The position numbers and the translations under genes are program-made. Shown piece after piece: positions 17,289 through 25,498 of a stretch of DNA of 32,000 bases (position 1 is its first letter; each line of letters begins with the position of its first letter). The notes under the pieces are model-generated. The model worked only from the letters and a program-made list of their open reading frames with translations. It was not told the origin of the DNA and ran no database searches. Origin of the DNA: Haloquadratum walsbyi C23 (lineage in GTDB: Archaea; Halobacteriota; Halobacteria; Halobacteriales; Haloferacaceae); NCBI RefSeq assembly GCF_000237865.1, contig NC_017459.1:960001-992000 (forward strand), given 5' to 3'.

Positions 17289-17299
17289 TATAATTAAAA
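17289..17299 (-). promoter_or_regulatory. candidate TATA box for the ParA-like gene
   Basis: The minus strand reads TTTTAATTATA and ends 26 nt upstream of the ATG at 17262. It is a pattern match only. Confidence 0.3.
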
Positions 17300-17339
17300 T
17301 GACCGATAATCGTTCGTCTACGTCCACAAACAAGTCCCA

Positions 17340-17800
17340 CGTTTAATACTCGATATTTTAGGCAGGGAGACCGGCAGATGGACCCAGTAAACAGCCTCGG
17401 GCACGGTGACCCGATCCGAGGCTTTTGTAATTCCCTTAGCCGTGCGCTCGCACTCCCTGCTCGGCAAGCAAGCGGGAACGCACCAGACTTGTCCGTGCTT
17501 GGTGGTGTCGGCTTGCTCCCCCGCCATCAGGGTCATTTTGTTCTCGCCACCAGTCAAGAAGTGACTGGTAGGAGTCCCATGTTTGGAGTGCTTTTCTGAC
17601 GACCGCGCAGTTGTTGTTCCGTAGGAAGTCGTTGCGGTCAACCTCTCGCTGTATCTCGGTGCGATTGTATTCTTGCTGTTTGAGGCGGATAGTGTCGTTG
17701 AATATCTCGCGTGAGTTGAGGCGGGCCGTCGTGAAGCCATGACCGTTCACCAGACGCTGTGTGGAGCCGCGTGTGAATGGTTTTCGTGGCCTCTTCACCC
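17340..17800 (-). pseudogene. tnpB: tnpB (IS1341-type) N-terminal fragment, frameshifted and truncated
   Basis: The minus-strand fragment ...NSREIFNDTIRLKQQEYNRTEIQREVDRNDFLRNNNCAVVRKALQTWDSYQSLLDWWRE resembles the N-terminal helical region of haloarchaeal TnpB. The reading frame then breaks, and no RuvC or zinc-finger part follows. Confidence 0.5.
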
Positions 17801-17846
17801 ATGTTGTGACAACCGTTTCAGACTGGGATAACTATAGGTATGAGGG

Positions 17847-18499
17847 ATGGGAGAGTATCGTAGTCATGCAGATTCGGTTAGTTCCTGCAAGTATCGCCAC
17901 TCGGTTCTCGATGTCGTGGAAGCCGATATGCGAGAATTTTTGATGAGACTGCCGACCACTTCAGGCCTGTCTCTTACCCACAAATCGAGTCAGGATTTCA
18001 GCGGAATGGGATCGCCGAGCACGACTGAAATCCTCGGTATCTACAGTTTCAGGATCTCTTTGGAACAATTGTAGTGGAGTTGATTACCGGCGTTCTGTCA
18101 CCCCCACAGCCGATATCACTGTCTGAGTCGCTTCTCGCCTCGATTTGCTGCGTTCAAAATATCTCTGAGAGCGTCTGAAATGTCCGGTTACGACTCCACG
18201 AACTTATGGGTAAAAGACAGCACTTCAGGCACGGGAGTTTGGCGTTGGAGATCGCGGACGAAGACGAAGACGACCACGTACACTTGTTTGTGCAAACTGA
18301 CTCGAAGCACAGTCTAGCGGATATTGCTCGGCAGTTCAAGTTACACCCGGGTAAGCAGTTGCTGGAGCGGGATCCCGAGATTCGGGAGTCGTATTTCTGG
18401 GGTGGTGGATTCTGGACGGTAGAATACTACGTGGGAACGACGTGACGGGAGCGGTGTCAGAAAGTGGTTGAACGGTATATCGAGGAGACAAAACACTGA
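17847..18499 (+). pseudogene. tnpA: IS200-type tnpA (Y1/HUH transposase), disrupted by a MITE, a frameshift and an in-frame stop
   Basis: The left part reads ...CKYRHSVLDVVEADMREFL.... The right part reads ...LALEIADEDEDDHVHLFVQTDSKHSLADIARQFK...FWGGGFWTVEYYVGTT*RERCQKVVERYIEETKH, with the HUH motif HVHLFV and the catalytic-Tyr region YYVGT. The halves are separated by 17967-18220, the frames differ by 1, and there is a TGA at 18443-18445. Confidence 0.7.
17967..18220. mobile_element. 254-bp MITE with Tn5-like IS termini, nested inside tnpA
   Basis: The ends are CTGTCTCTTACCCACAA... and ...CTTATGGGTAAAAGACAG, which match the IRs of the IS at 3300-4961 with 1-2 mismatches. It is flanked by an identical 10-bp duplication CACTTCAGGC (17957-17966 and 18221-18230). 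It has no ORF. An internal 10-bp stem AGGATTTCAG/CTGAAATCCT is present. Confidence 0.75.
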
Positions 18500-18506
18500 T
18501 TCGAGT

Positions 18507-18525
18507 GTCGGGCTTCACCCCCGAC
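18507..18525 (+). repeat. subterminal hairpin of the IS200/IS605 remnant
   Basis: GTCGGGcttcacCCCCGAC lies just after the tnpA remnant. IS200/IS605 ends carry such imperfect palindromes. A second inverted repeat GTGAAAC...GTTTCAC follows at about 18538-18570. Confidence 0.4.
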
Positions 18526-18843
18526 CCCATGGTACTCCGTGAAACATTTTGAACCATCGGTTTCACACAACAGTATCGGCAGCTACTCTATGACAAGATT
18601 TTGGATTGAATTCCTCAATAAGTTTTCATGAGCAGTAGTGGGTCGGGGAACTCGGCTTCATAGGTTGTTTAGATATTAAGATCTCTCCATATTTCTCTAA
18701 AAATCATTTTGAGTTATAACATATCTAATCATTCAAATGAATAAAACAGCTCACAACGACGTACTGTTGCTTCCCGCCTCTGATTTGCCTGTTCTACCTA
18801 TCTCAGTAATTTGAGGAGTCGACACGCGATACTGCTTCTAATA

Positions 18844-19422
18844 TTATAGTTCTTCTTTCATATCGCCACGCTGATATCGTTCAACGAGTTCATATCCAGC
18901 CACATTTCCTGTCGAAGTAAGATTGATCTCATATCGACCAATGATATCCTGCGTATCTGGCACAGCACGTCGTTCAACGAGTTCAATCACCGTCCGCCAT
19001 TCATTATTATCATCTGCTTCGACCTTGATTACACTTTTAAAATCATGTTCAAACAATTCCTCAGCAGCTGTCTTCGCACACTCTTGGGCTTCGATAATAC
19101 CAATAGATTCGACAGTTTCAGTCTCACTCACTGTCTCAGCTTGGTTTTTATTTCCACGTTCCTCAGACATCATCTCGGACTCCTCGCTATCACGACCCCC
19201 ATCAGTTCGAATCATCACTGGATTAAAGCTTGATGAACATGTGTTATGTTGATTGGAATCTGATTGGACAACCAAACTGTCGACATCATACTTGTCATAG
19301 TTATCACTACTCCACCATGCCGGTCTATCCTCCGTATCATGGTCAATAACACATTGATGACTGTAGTTGCTCGTGTTCCATCTGTCATCGCATTTTGTTT
19401 TGTTTGACATTGTTGGAGGCAC
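18844..19422 (-). CDS. gvpO: gas vesicle protein GvpO
   Basis: The C-terminal half EWRTVIELVERRAVPDTQDIIGRYEINLTSTGNVAGYELVERYQRGDMKEEL matches the conserved GvpO core. The N-terminal ~90 aa are a poorly conserved extension, so the start is uncertain. Confidence 0.85.
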   Translation of the reverse strand: MPPTMSNKTKCDDRWNTSNYSHQCVIDHDTEDRPAWWSSDNYDKYDVDSLVVQSDSNQHNTCSSSFNPVMIRTDGGRDSEESEMMSEERGNKNQAETVSETETVESIGIIEAQECAKTAAEELFEHDFKSVIKVEADDNNEWRTVIELVERRAVPDTQDIIGRYEINLTSTGNVAGYELVERYQRGDMKEEL

Positions 19423-19434
19423 TTTTATCGTAAT

Positions 19435-20511
19435 TTATGACACGGTAATGTCAGTGTTTTCAATGACGGTCTGAACTTCCGTTCGAAGTGTTTGAACTTC
19501 ACTATACTGAGCGACTTTTGATGCCAGTGCATCGACAGAGAGTTCAACGAGTGCTTGTCTATCAATTGTATCGACTGTACCTGCACCTTCCGCCACCATG
19601 ATTGCTGCTCGCGTTCCGACATTAATCTGAAGCCGATCGCGTAACTCCCGGATTATTTCGACAAGCTGTCTGGTCTCAATGCCGATATCACCGTCAGTTT
19701 GTGCATCGACAATTTCAACCTCAGTTTCAAAGTCATAAAAATCCATATAGACACCGATAAGACGATCCAATAATGCATCTTGTGGTTCATGCACGCCAGC
19801 GTACTCGACAGAGTTTGAGGTTAATATCGCTCTGAATTCGGGGTGGACATCAACATACCGTGATTCACCACGCTGTCCTGGAAGCTCTAAAACGCCTTCT
19901 TCAAAAACAGATAATAAGACATTGTTTGCAACAGGCTTGGTTCGTGAGAATTCATTGTATACAAGTGTTGCACCTTCTTCAACGGCAAGTGTCAGTGGAT
20001 TATCAACCCATCGATCCTTGACTATCTCTTTACTCTTCAATACATTGTGTATATACTGATCACGCTCTGATATCCGCTCTTTTTCTGCGTATTCACCGAC
20101 AAGATCGCTTGTTGAGAGTTCTGTGTCACCATTAATCCAGACAACCGGTTGATTACGCTGACGGGCAACATGCATCGCAAGCGCGGTTTTTCCACAGCCC
20201 GTCGGACCAATTAAATGAACCGGACGGTCAACGGTGAGCCATCGTTCCATTCGCTGGCGAACGTTCTTCACTGCATCAGTCTCGATGAATTCACGCTCTT
20301 TTGGAATGAACTCATCTTCAAGCTCCCTAGTAGTGCCAGCGCTTCTGGACGTTCCTGGCTGGTTTGACCCTGATGTTGTGGTTGAACCACCATCGCTTTC
20401 GGCTCGTCTTAAACGCTCGATAGACTTATTTTCACGACGACGCTTCTTATTTTCGCGTGATGATCGAATCTGTGATCCACGCACCTTCCGCTCGCGAGAG
20501 TTCTTTGTCAT
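19435..20511 (-). CDS. gvpN: gas vesicle protein GvpN (AAA+ ATPase)
   Basis: It has Walker A LIGPTGCGKTALAMHVA and Walker B region TLVYNEFSR, plus a basic Lys/Arg-rich N-terminal extension. Its ATG overlaps the gvpC stop (ATGA). Confidence 0.9.
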   Translation of the reverse strand: MTKNSRERKVRGSQIRSSRENKKRRRENKSIERLRRAESDGGSTTTSGSNQPGTSRSAGTTRELEDEFIPKEREFIETDAVKNVRQRMERWLTVDRPVHLIGPTGCGKTALAMHVARQRNQPVVWINGDTELSTSDLVGEYAEKERISERDQYIHNVLKSKEIVKDRWVDNPLTLAVEEGATLVYNEFSRTKPVANNVLLSVFEEGVLELPGQRGESRYVDVHPEFRAILTSNSVEYAGVHEPQDALLDRLIGVYMDFYDFETEVEIVDAQTDGDIGIETRQLVEIIRELRDRLQINVGTRAAIMVAEGAGTVDTIDRQALVELSVDALASKVAQYSEVQTLRTEVQTVIENTDITVS

Positions 20512-21662
20512 TGTATTTCGTCATCTGGTCGGAGTGGGACATCCTCACCATACTCCGCACGATAATCTTGAATCGACATGCCATGTGTCTGCAGATGCGG
20601 TTCTGTGATCGCATGATAATGTTCACCGCAAACACGGCAAGTGACCATACCATCTGGAGTATCAATTGTTAGTTCAGTAGTGTCTGTTGTTGTATCTGAC
20701 TCTGACTCAGCATCAATATCAATACTCTCTGTTGTACCTTCACTGGTGCTGATATCATCCTCAGTTATAGATTCGGCTGAGGCGGAAGTTGTCTCGAATT
20801 CTGCCTCAGCCCTACTCACGTTTCCCTCATCACCTACTGTATTTACTTCTACTTGCTCTGTTTGTTCTGATTCAGACTTGATCTCAGCATCACTCTCAGT
20901 GTCCGACATTCCATAGAATGTTTCGACGTATGTAGCGAACTCCTCAGCTGTCACCTCAAACTCAGTGCTGAAATCCTCGATGTCGGACTCAAATGCACCG
21001 ACTGCATCAATTAATGCTTGAACTTCGACAGTATGGAACTCTGATTGATACGACTCAAATGCATCCGTAACGGCTTCAAATGCCTCTTTTTCTGCAGCGA
21101 CATCAGCATGAATTGCATCAACATCAGCGGCGAATGCCTTAGAATACGCATCAAATGCTTCTTCGACGTCATCAAATGCATCCTCAACTGAGTCAATGGC
21201 TGTGAGGAGGTCATCGATATCCTGAATCTGAGCGACATCAGCATCGAATGCCTCAGCATATGCATCGAATTCCGCACCTGTTTCAGTAATTGCAGTCTGG
21301 AATTCCTCAATCGCCATAAGAAGATGATTTACATCTTGTAACTCAGAAACATCAGCATCAAACGTATCTTGATATCTCTCAAATGCAGCGCGAAGAGCCG
21401 CGATATCGTCCTGACGTTGGGAAACATCCTGAAGAACTGCAGCCACTGCTGCGTCGAATGTATCATTATACTGGACGAATACATCTCTCGCCTCTGCAAT
21501 CTCTGTCTCGAATGTCTCAAACGCCGCGTGGTACTCACTGACGTCGCGTTTTGTCTCAACGTCTGCTGCGAAGTCATCAGCATACCCTGCGAATTCACGC
21601 TGGGTTGTTCTAAACTCTTCAGAGGTTGCCTCTATATCGTCGCGTTTTTTTCTTACACTCAT
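20508..21662 (-). CDS. gvpC: gas vesicle protein GvpC (acidic, 6-7 imperfect ~33-38-aa repeats) with a C-terminal Cys2His2 zinc-finger-like domain
   Basis: Repeats are of the type (E/A)F(D/E)xYxxxFxADVxxxxDV.... It lies between gvpA and gvpN. The C-terminus reads CRVCGEHYHAITEPHLQTHGMSIQDYRAEYG. Confidence 0.85.
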   Translation of the reverse strand: MSVRKKRDDIEATSEEFRTTQREFAGYADDFAADVETKRDVSEYHAAFETFETEIAEARDVFVQYNDTFDAAVAAVLQDVSQRQDDIAALRAAFERYQDTFDADVSELQDVNHLLMAIEEFQTAITETGAEFDAYAEAFDADVAQIQDIDDLLTAIDSVEDAFDDVEEAFDAYSKAFAADVDAIHADVAAEKEAFEAVTDAFESYQSEFHTVEVQALIDAVGAFESDIEDFSTEFEVTAEEFATYVETFYGMSDTESDAEIKSESEQTEQVEVNTVGDEGNVSRAEAEFETTSASAESITEDDISTSEGTTESIDIDAESESDTTTDTTELTIDTPDGMVTCRVCGEHYHAITEPHLQTHGMSIQDYRAEYGEDVPLRPDDEIQ

Positions 21663-21719
21663 GATTATGGTAATAAACTACGATTAAAAATTTGGGAATT
21701 AACGGTTGGTTCACAGTTC

Positions 21720-21747
21720 ACTCTAAACGACGTCCGATGGCTCGTCG
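21720..21747 (-). terminator. hairpin plus T-run immediately after the gvpA stop (candidate attenuating terminator between gvpA and gvpC)
   Basis: The minus strand reads CGACGagccatcggaCGTCG followed by TTTAG, starting 2 nt after the gvpA TAA (21749-21751). A further T-run (AATTTTTAA) lies downstream. Confidence 0.35.
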
Positions 21748-21748
21748 G

Positions 21749-21967
21749 TTACGCCTCGGCGCCGGCAGTGAGTTCTGCTTGTTCAATCTTTGCGATCTCT
21801 TCTGCGTAATGCAAGAAGGTATCGACTGAAGCAACCACAACGCGCGCTTCAACGGTTAGAATTTCTATACCTACAAGTGAAATGCGTGCAAAGGTATCAA
21901 CGACAATTCCTTTATCGAGCACGCGATCAAGAACTTCTGCTAAACTGGATGAGTCAGGTTGTGCCAT
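21749..21967 (-). CDS. gvpA: major gas vesicle structural protein GvpA
   Basis: The 72-aa sequence [58 protein letters not shown]... is an unmistakable GvpA sequence. Confidence 0.97.
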   Translation of the reverse strand: MAQPDSSSLAEVLDRVLDKGIVVDTFARISLVGIEILTVEARVVVASVDTFLHYAEEIAKIEQAELTAGAEA

Positions 21968-22011
21968 AGTTGGTCTTGGGTCGTACCCAGTGTGACAAAT
22001 TCCACTGAAGG

Positions 22012-22019
22012 TTAAAAGG
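22012..22019 (-). promoter_or_regulatory. candidate TATA box of the gvpA promoter
   Basis: The minus strand reads CCTTTTAA and ends 44 nt upstream of the gvpA ATG, implying a 5' UTR of about 20 nt. It is a pattern match only. Confidence 0.3.
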
Positions 22020-22398
22020 CTCTTGGTCTCATAATTATTTTGCCGATAATGAGTGTCATAGATTCTTAATGTGGCTCTATGCCGTATTTTGATTTTACAT
22101 TATAAACATACTATACCATATTGATTTGAGCATGAAATAGTTGTTATACCTATGAAGCTGATATTAAATATATTGAGGTCGTCGGGCTCTTGAGGTAAGA
22201 TATGAGTAAATCCTCAACTTCTTATATGAGTGACTGGCATGTTAGATGAGACAGGATTGAAAATAAAGAGAAATATTATCTTACAGAATCTAAAGGGCAT
22301 GTCCTGAGGGCTTGACCCTGCGGCGATTCACTTGGACGTATCTGTATCATCTATTTCATCTCGCCACGATCAGTGATATGGAGATTACGCTTATATGC

Positions 22399-23060
22399 TG
22401 AGCAGGCGCAATACCACGCCCTTTAGTGATTCAACAAACTTCTGGGTGAACTAATTCACTCAGTCGATGCGAGAGAACTATTCTGACTGATGCATGTCTA
22501 CTCAAGCACCCACTTCTTCTGTGAGCTACTACAGGCCGTGGATACGCGCCGTCACGCCCTCCAAAATCCTACTGTCATCGCTCGATTTAAATTTCAAAAT
22601 ACACATATTTAAATGACAGGCAATCACACAATAAAAGAGGAATCGGTTGGAAACAGAGCGATTCCCGCCAGTCCGACGATGGCGGCCTGTCCGCCCCAAG
22701 CAATAAGACAATCATCGGAACCAGTCTGGTGAACGGTCGGTTCCGATGCTGAACCGATGCAGATGCAGATGCTGTGCCCGACTGCTTGGAAGCAACATTG
22801 AAAGTAACTCCGAGTTTGCTAACGCCTGCCGAACTCCCCAAGGCAAAAACAACGTTTGGACGCCGTACATGGTCGAGAATAGGAGTAGGAGTACCGGCGG
22901 CTTGGCACCGCCAGCAGTCCCACCCGCCCCCGCACCCGTCTCAGACCGCGAACAACCCTTCAGATTCGCACTGGCTGGTTGTTCGGTGGGGGTGGGAGTG
23001 TTGAACCTGAAACTCCCACCGCTCGGGATTCCTCCGCGTGAACCCGGAGGAGGATGTCAA
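22399..23060 (+). repeat. GC-rich structured non-coding repeat, copy B (core 22614-23060; possible full element from 22399)
   Basis: The core is colinear with 5049-5516. The left terminus TGAGCAGGCGCAATACCACGCCCTTTAG (22399-22426) and right terminus GGAGGATGTCAA (23049-23060) are both shared with the 47-bp mini-element at 16318-16364. Confidence 0.6.
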
Positions 23061-23092
23061 AAACAAAACCAATACTGTAATATCGACACATC

Positions 23093-23662
23093 TCAGTCAG
23101 CGATTGACATACAAAAGTTCTTAATCAATTGCTTGCCTGCGTTCGTAAGAATACTTTCGGGGTGGAATTGAACGCCATGATGCGGTTTATCAGGATGTCT
23201 AACACCCATGACAACACCCTGCTCATCATCTGTTGCAGCCGTCTCGATAAGCGGCGTGGGAACATCTTGTCGCTCAACTGCTAATGAATGATATCGCCCA
23301 ACATCGAATGGATCGGATATATCATCATATAAATTGCTTCCGTCATGTCTCACTTTTGATGATTTACCATGAACAACAGCAGGCGCATGCCCGACTGGTG
23401 CGCCATGTGCTGCACAAAGTGCTTGATGACCTAAACAAACACCTAAAACCGGATACTCCAGTTCAGCAAAGACGTCTATCGATATCCCAGCTTCTTGTGG
23501 CGTCCCAGGACCTGGTGAGATAACAATCCCATCAGGGTCGAGTGCATAGATGTCATCTAAGTCGATTGCATCATTACGTTGGACTGTGACTTCGTCGAAC
23601 TCCCCAACGTACTGAACGAGATTGTACGCAAACGAATCGTAATTGTCGATAACAAGAATCAT
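23093..23662 (-). CDS. pabA: class-I glutamine amidotransferase, aminodeoxychorismate/anthranilate synthase component II
   Basis: It contains ILVIDNYDSFAYNLVQY, the catalytic GVCLGHQ and the HPES motif. The choice of pabA over trpG is inferred from the folate-gene neighbourhood. It overlaps the stop of the upstream component-I gene by 4 nt. Confidence 0.8.
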   Translation of the reverse strand: MILVIDNYDSFAYNLVQYVGEFDEVTVQRNDAIDLDDIYALDPDGIVISPGPGTPQEAGISIDVFAELEYPVLGVCLGHQALCAAHGAPVGHAPAVVHGKSSKVRHDGSNLYDDISDPFDVGRYHSLAVERQDVPTPLIETAATDDEQGVVMGVRHPDKPHHGVQFHPESILTNAGKQLIKNFCMSIAD

Positions 23663-25344
23663 GATGAATCACCGGTTTCTATTCCATCTCTCTCTGATTG
23701 TATTGATGCGCCCTGCTTTGCTGCTGATTCGTCTAATGTATTCCCTGTTGTGCCGACAGTAAGTGATCCTCGCTCACCAAGTGCCGTATCAACGGCTCTT
23801 ACGAGTCCCCGTGCCTTATCTAATGTCTCTTGATATTCATGATCAGGAACGGAATCATGAACGATTCCAGCACCAACCCGGAGACGATATTCATCACCAT
23901 GTCGCACAAGTGTTCGAATTGTAATATTCAATACTGCGCGGTCATCGAATCCAAAGATTCCAATACTCCCTGTGTACGGTCCTCGACGCGTTGTCTCAAC
24001 TTCATCGATAAGCTCCATTGTCCGTGGCTTTGGTGCACCAGTGATTGTTCCACCAGGGAAGACCGCTGCGACAGCATCGGCAATTTGTGTTTGTGGCTGT
24101 CGCTGCCCCTCAATGAGTGAGACAAGATGCATTACCTCAGAATATCGATCAACACGACGGTACTCCGAAACATCAACGGTTCCATACTTGCAGATTTTCC
24201 CAAGATCATTTCGCTCAAGATCGACAAGCATCGCATGTTCAGCACGCTCTTTGCTATCTTCTGTGAGGTCCGTTTCAAGATCGATATCATCTGCTGATGT
24301 TTCACCCCGTGGTCGCGTTCCAGCGATTGGTTCGGTGCTCACTCGCTCACCATCGACTGATAGTAATAGCTCTGGACTCGCACTGACAAGATCAACACCG
24401 GGGAATTCGATTAGCCCGGAGTATGGAGCAGGATTCACCTCTCGAAGTGCATCAAAAGTTGTGACAGGGTGAATTGCAGCGGGTGCACTCAAACGATGTG
24501 AAACATTTGTCTGGAACGTATCTCCATCTCGGATATATTCCTTGATCTGCCGGACGCGATCTTCAAACGCTGCCGTCCCGCATTCACTCTTGAATGTTAT
24601 TGCATTGTTTGCTGCAGACACCGATGGTTCATCTACGGAAGTGGTGCCGGTATCAATACGGGATACGAGATCGCGTGCATGCGCAAGTCCGCGCTCATAC
24701 ACATCTCCTATATTCGTGTCTGCTTCAATTACAGGACACGCTGTAATGTGCATTGTTACAGATCCATCCGAACGTGGTTCTTCCCATGCAGCGACACGGT
24801 CGAAAACTCCAATCTGTACTCGTGGGAGGTCACTCGGTGGCGTTGTCTGTGGGATTGATTCAAGTTCCCGAGCAACATCATATGAGAGCCATCCAAACGC
24901 ACCACAAGGATATGGGACCGTACAGCCCCCACGAATGAGTGTCTCGCGATCTAAGATACTATCGAGTTCATCAAGACTTGGTCCGCGACCCTGGCTTCTC
25001 TCATCACCTCTTTCAGCCATACTTTCTTGTTGAGGGGGATGTTGTCCAATTGATGCTGCTGACCCAGTCACCTGAATACGCTCAACTGGGTCGATTGCAA
25101 AGTATCCCCACCCGGACTGTCCACCGGTGGTCTCTAAATATATTCCATCATCAGTATCTGTCCTCGCTCGTCGATACGCTGTGAATGGGTCTTCAGTAGT
25201 GAATTCTATTTCAATTGGAACGCGCGCCCCTGCGGGTGCTTGTGCTGCTGTTTCTGTAAACGTCGCTTCATCTGTAACGACTGTAACCTCATGCATGTCC
25301 GATGATATCTCCTGTAATTCGGTAACGTCACCGAATATATCCAA
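23659..25344 (-). CDS. pabB: chorismate-utilising enzyme, aminodeoxychorismate/anthranilate synthase component I
   Basis: It has the C-terminal catalytic blocks FPGGTITGAPKPRTMELIDEVE and RGPYTGSIGIFG. The pabB versus trpE assignment is an inference from context. Confidence 0.8.
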   Translation of the reverse strand: MDIFGDVTELQEISSDMHEVTVVTDEATFTETAAQAPAGARVPIEIEFTTEDPFTAYRRARTDTDDGIYLETTGGQSGWGYFAIDPVERIQVTGSAASIGQHPPQQESMAERGDERSQGRGPSLDELDSILDRETLIRGGCTVPYPCGAFGWLSYDVARELESIPQTTPPSDLPRVQIGVFDRVAAWEEPRSDGSVTMHITACPVIEADTNIGDVYERGLAHARDLVSRIDTGTTSVDEPSVSAANNAITFKSECGTAAFEDRVRQIKEYIRDGDTFQTNVSHRLSAPAAIHPVTTFDALREVNPAPYSGLIEFPGVDLVSASPELLLSVDGERVSTEPIAGTRPRGETSADDIDLETDLTEDSKERAEHAMLVDLERNDLGKICKYGTVDVSEYRRVDRYSEVMHLVSLIEGQRQPQTQIADAVAAVFPGGTITGAPKPRTMELIDEVETTRRGPYTGSIGIFGFDDRAVLNITIRTLVRHGDEYRLRVGAGIVHDSVPDHEYQETLDKARGLVRAVDTALGERGSLTVGTTGNTLDESAAKQGASIQSERDGIETGDSS

Positions 25345-25498
25345 ATTTTCGGGGAGAGATTAACAAAAGACTTCCGTGAATGCTGCATACGAACATTATT
25401 TATTACCATATTGAAATGATGAGTGACGATATGAACTAGATAATGTCAACGTATTATCCAAGGACTGGATATGAAGACGCTAATATCATACTTCCGCA

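Larger units (their letters stand above)
17340..18530. mobile_element. degenerate IS200/IS605-family element (divergent tnpB and tnpA remnants and one end hairpin), truncated on the tnpB side
   Basis: It contains the tnpB N-terminal fragment, the disrupted tnpA and a subterminal hairpin listed below. The 3' two-thirds of tnpB are missing next to the ParA gene. Confidence 0.65.

Noticed and set aside
17263-17340. The longer ParA start at 17340 given by the ORF track.
   Set aside because: The extra 26 residues (MGLVCGRRRTIIGHFNYTWSAKRVIS) are atypical in composition and would cover the TATA-like element. ParA proteins normally begin a few residues before the Walker A motif.
17318-17798. ORFs 17318-17740 and 17436-17798 (minus), considered as intact genes.
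   Set aside because: They are overlapping alternative frames of a truncated tnpB N-terminal remnant. No catalytic RuvC or zinc-finger part follows.
23284-25363. ORFs overlapping pabA/pabB, for example 23972-24472, 24542-25033 and 25127-25363.
   Set aside because: The reason is the same: they are antisense or out-of-frame shadows of well-supported genes.
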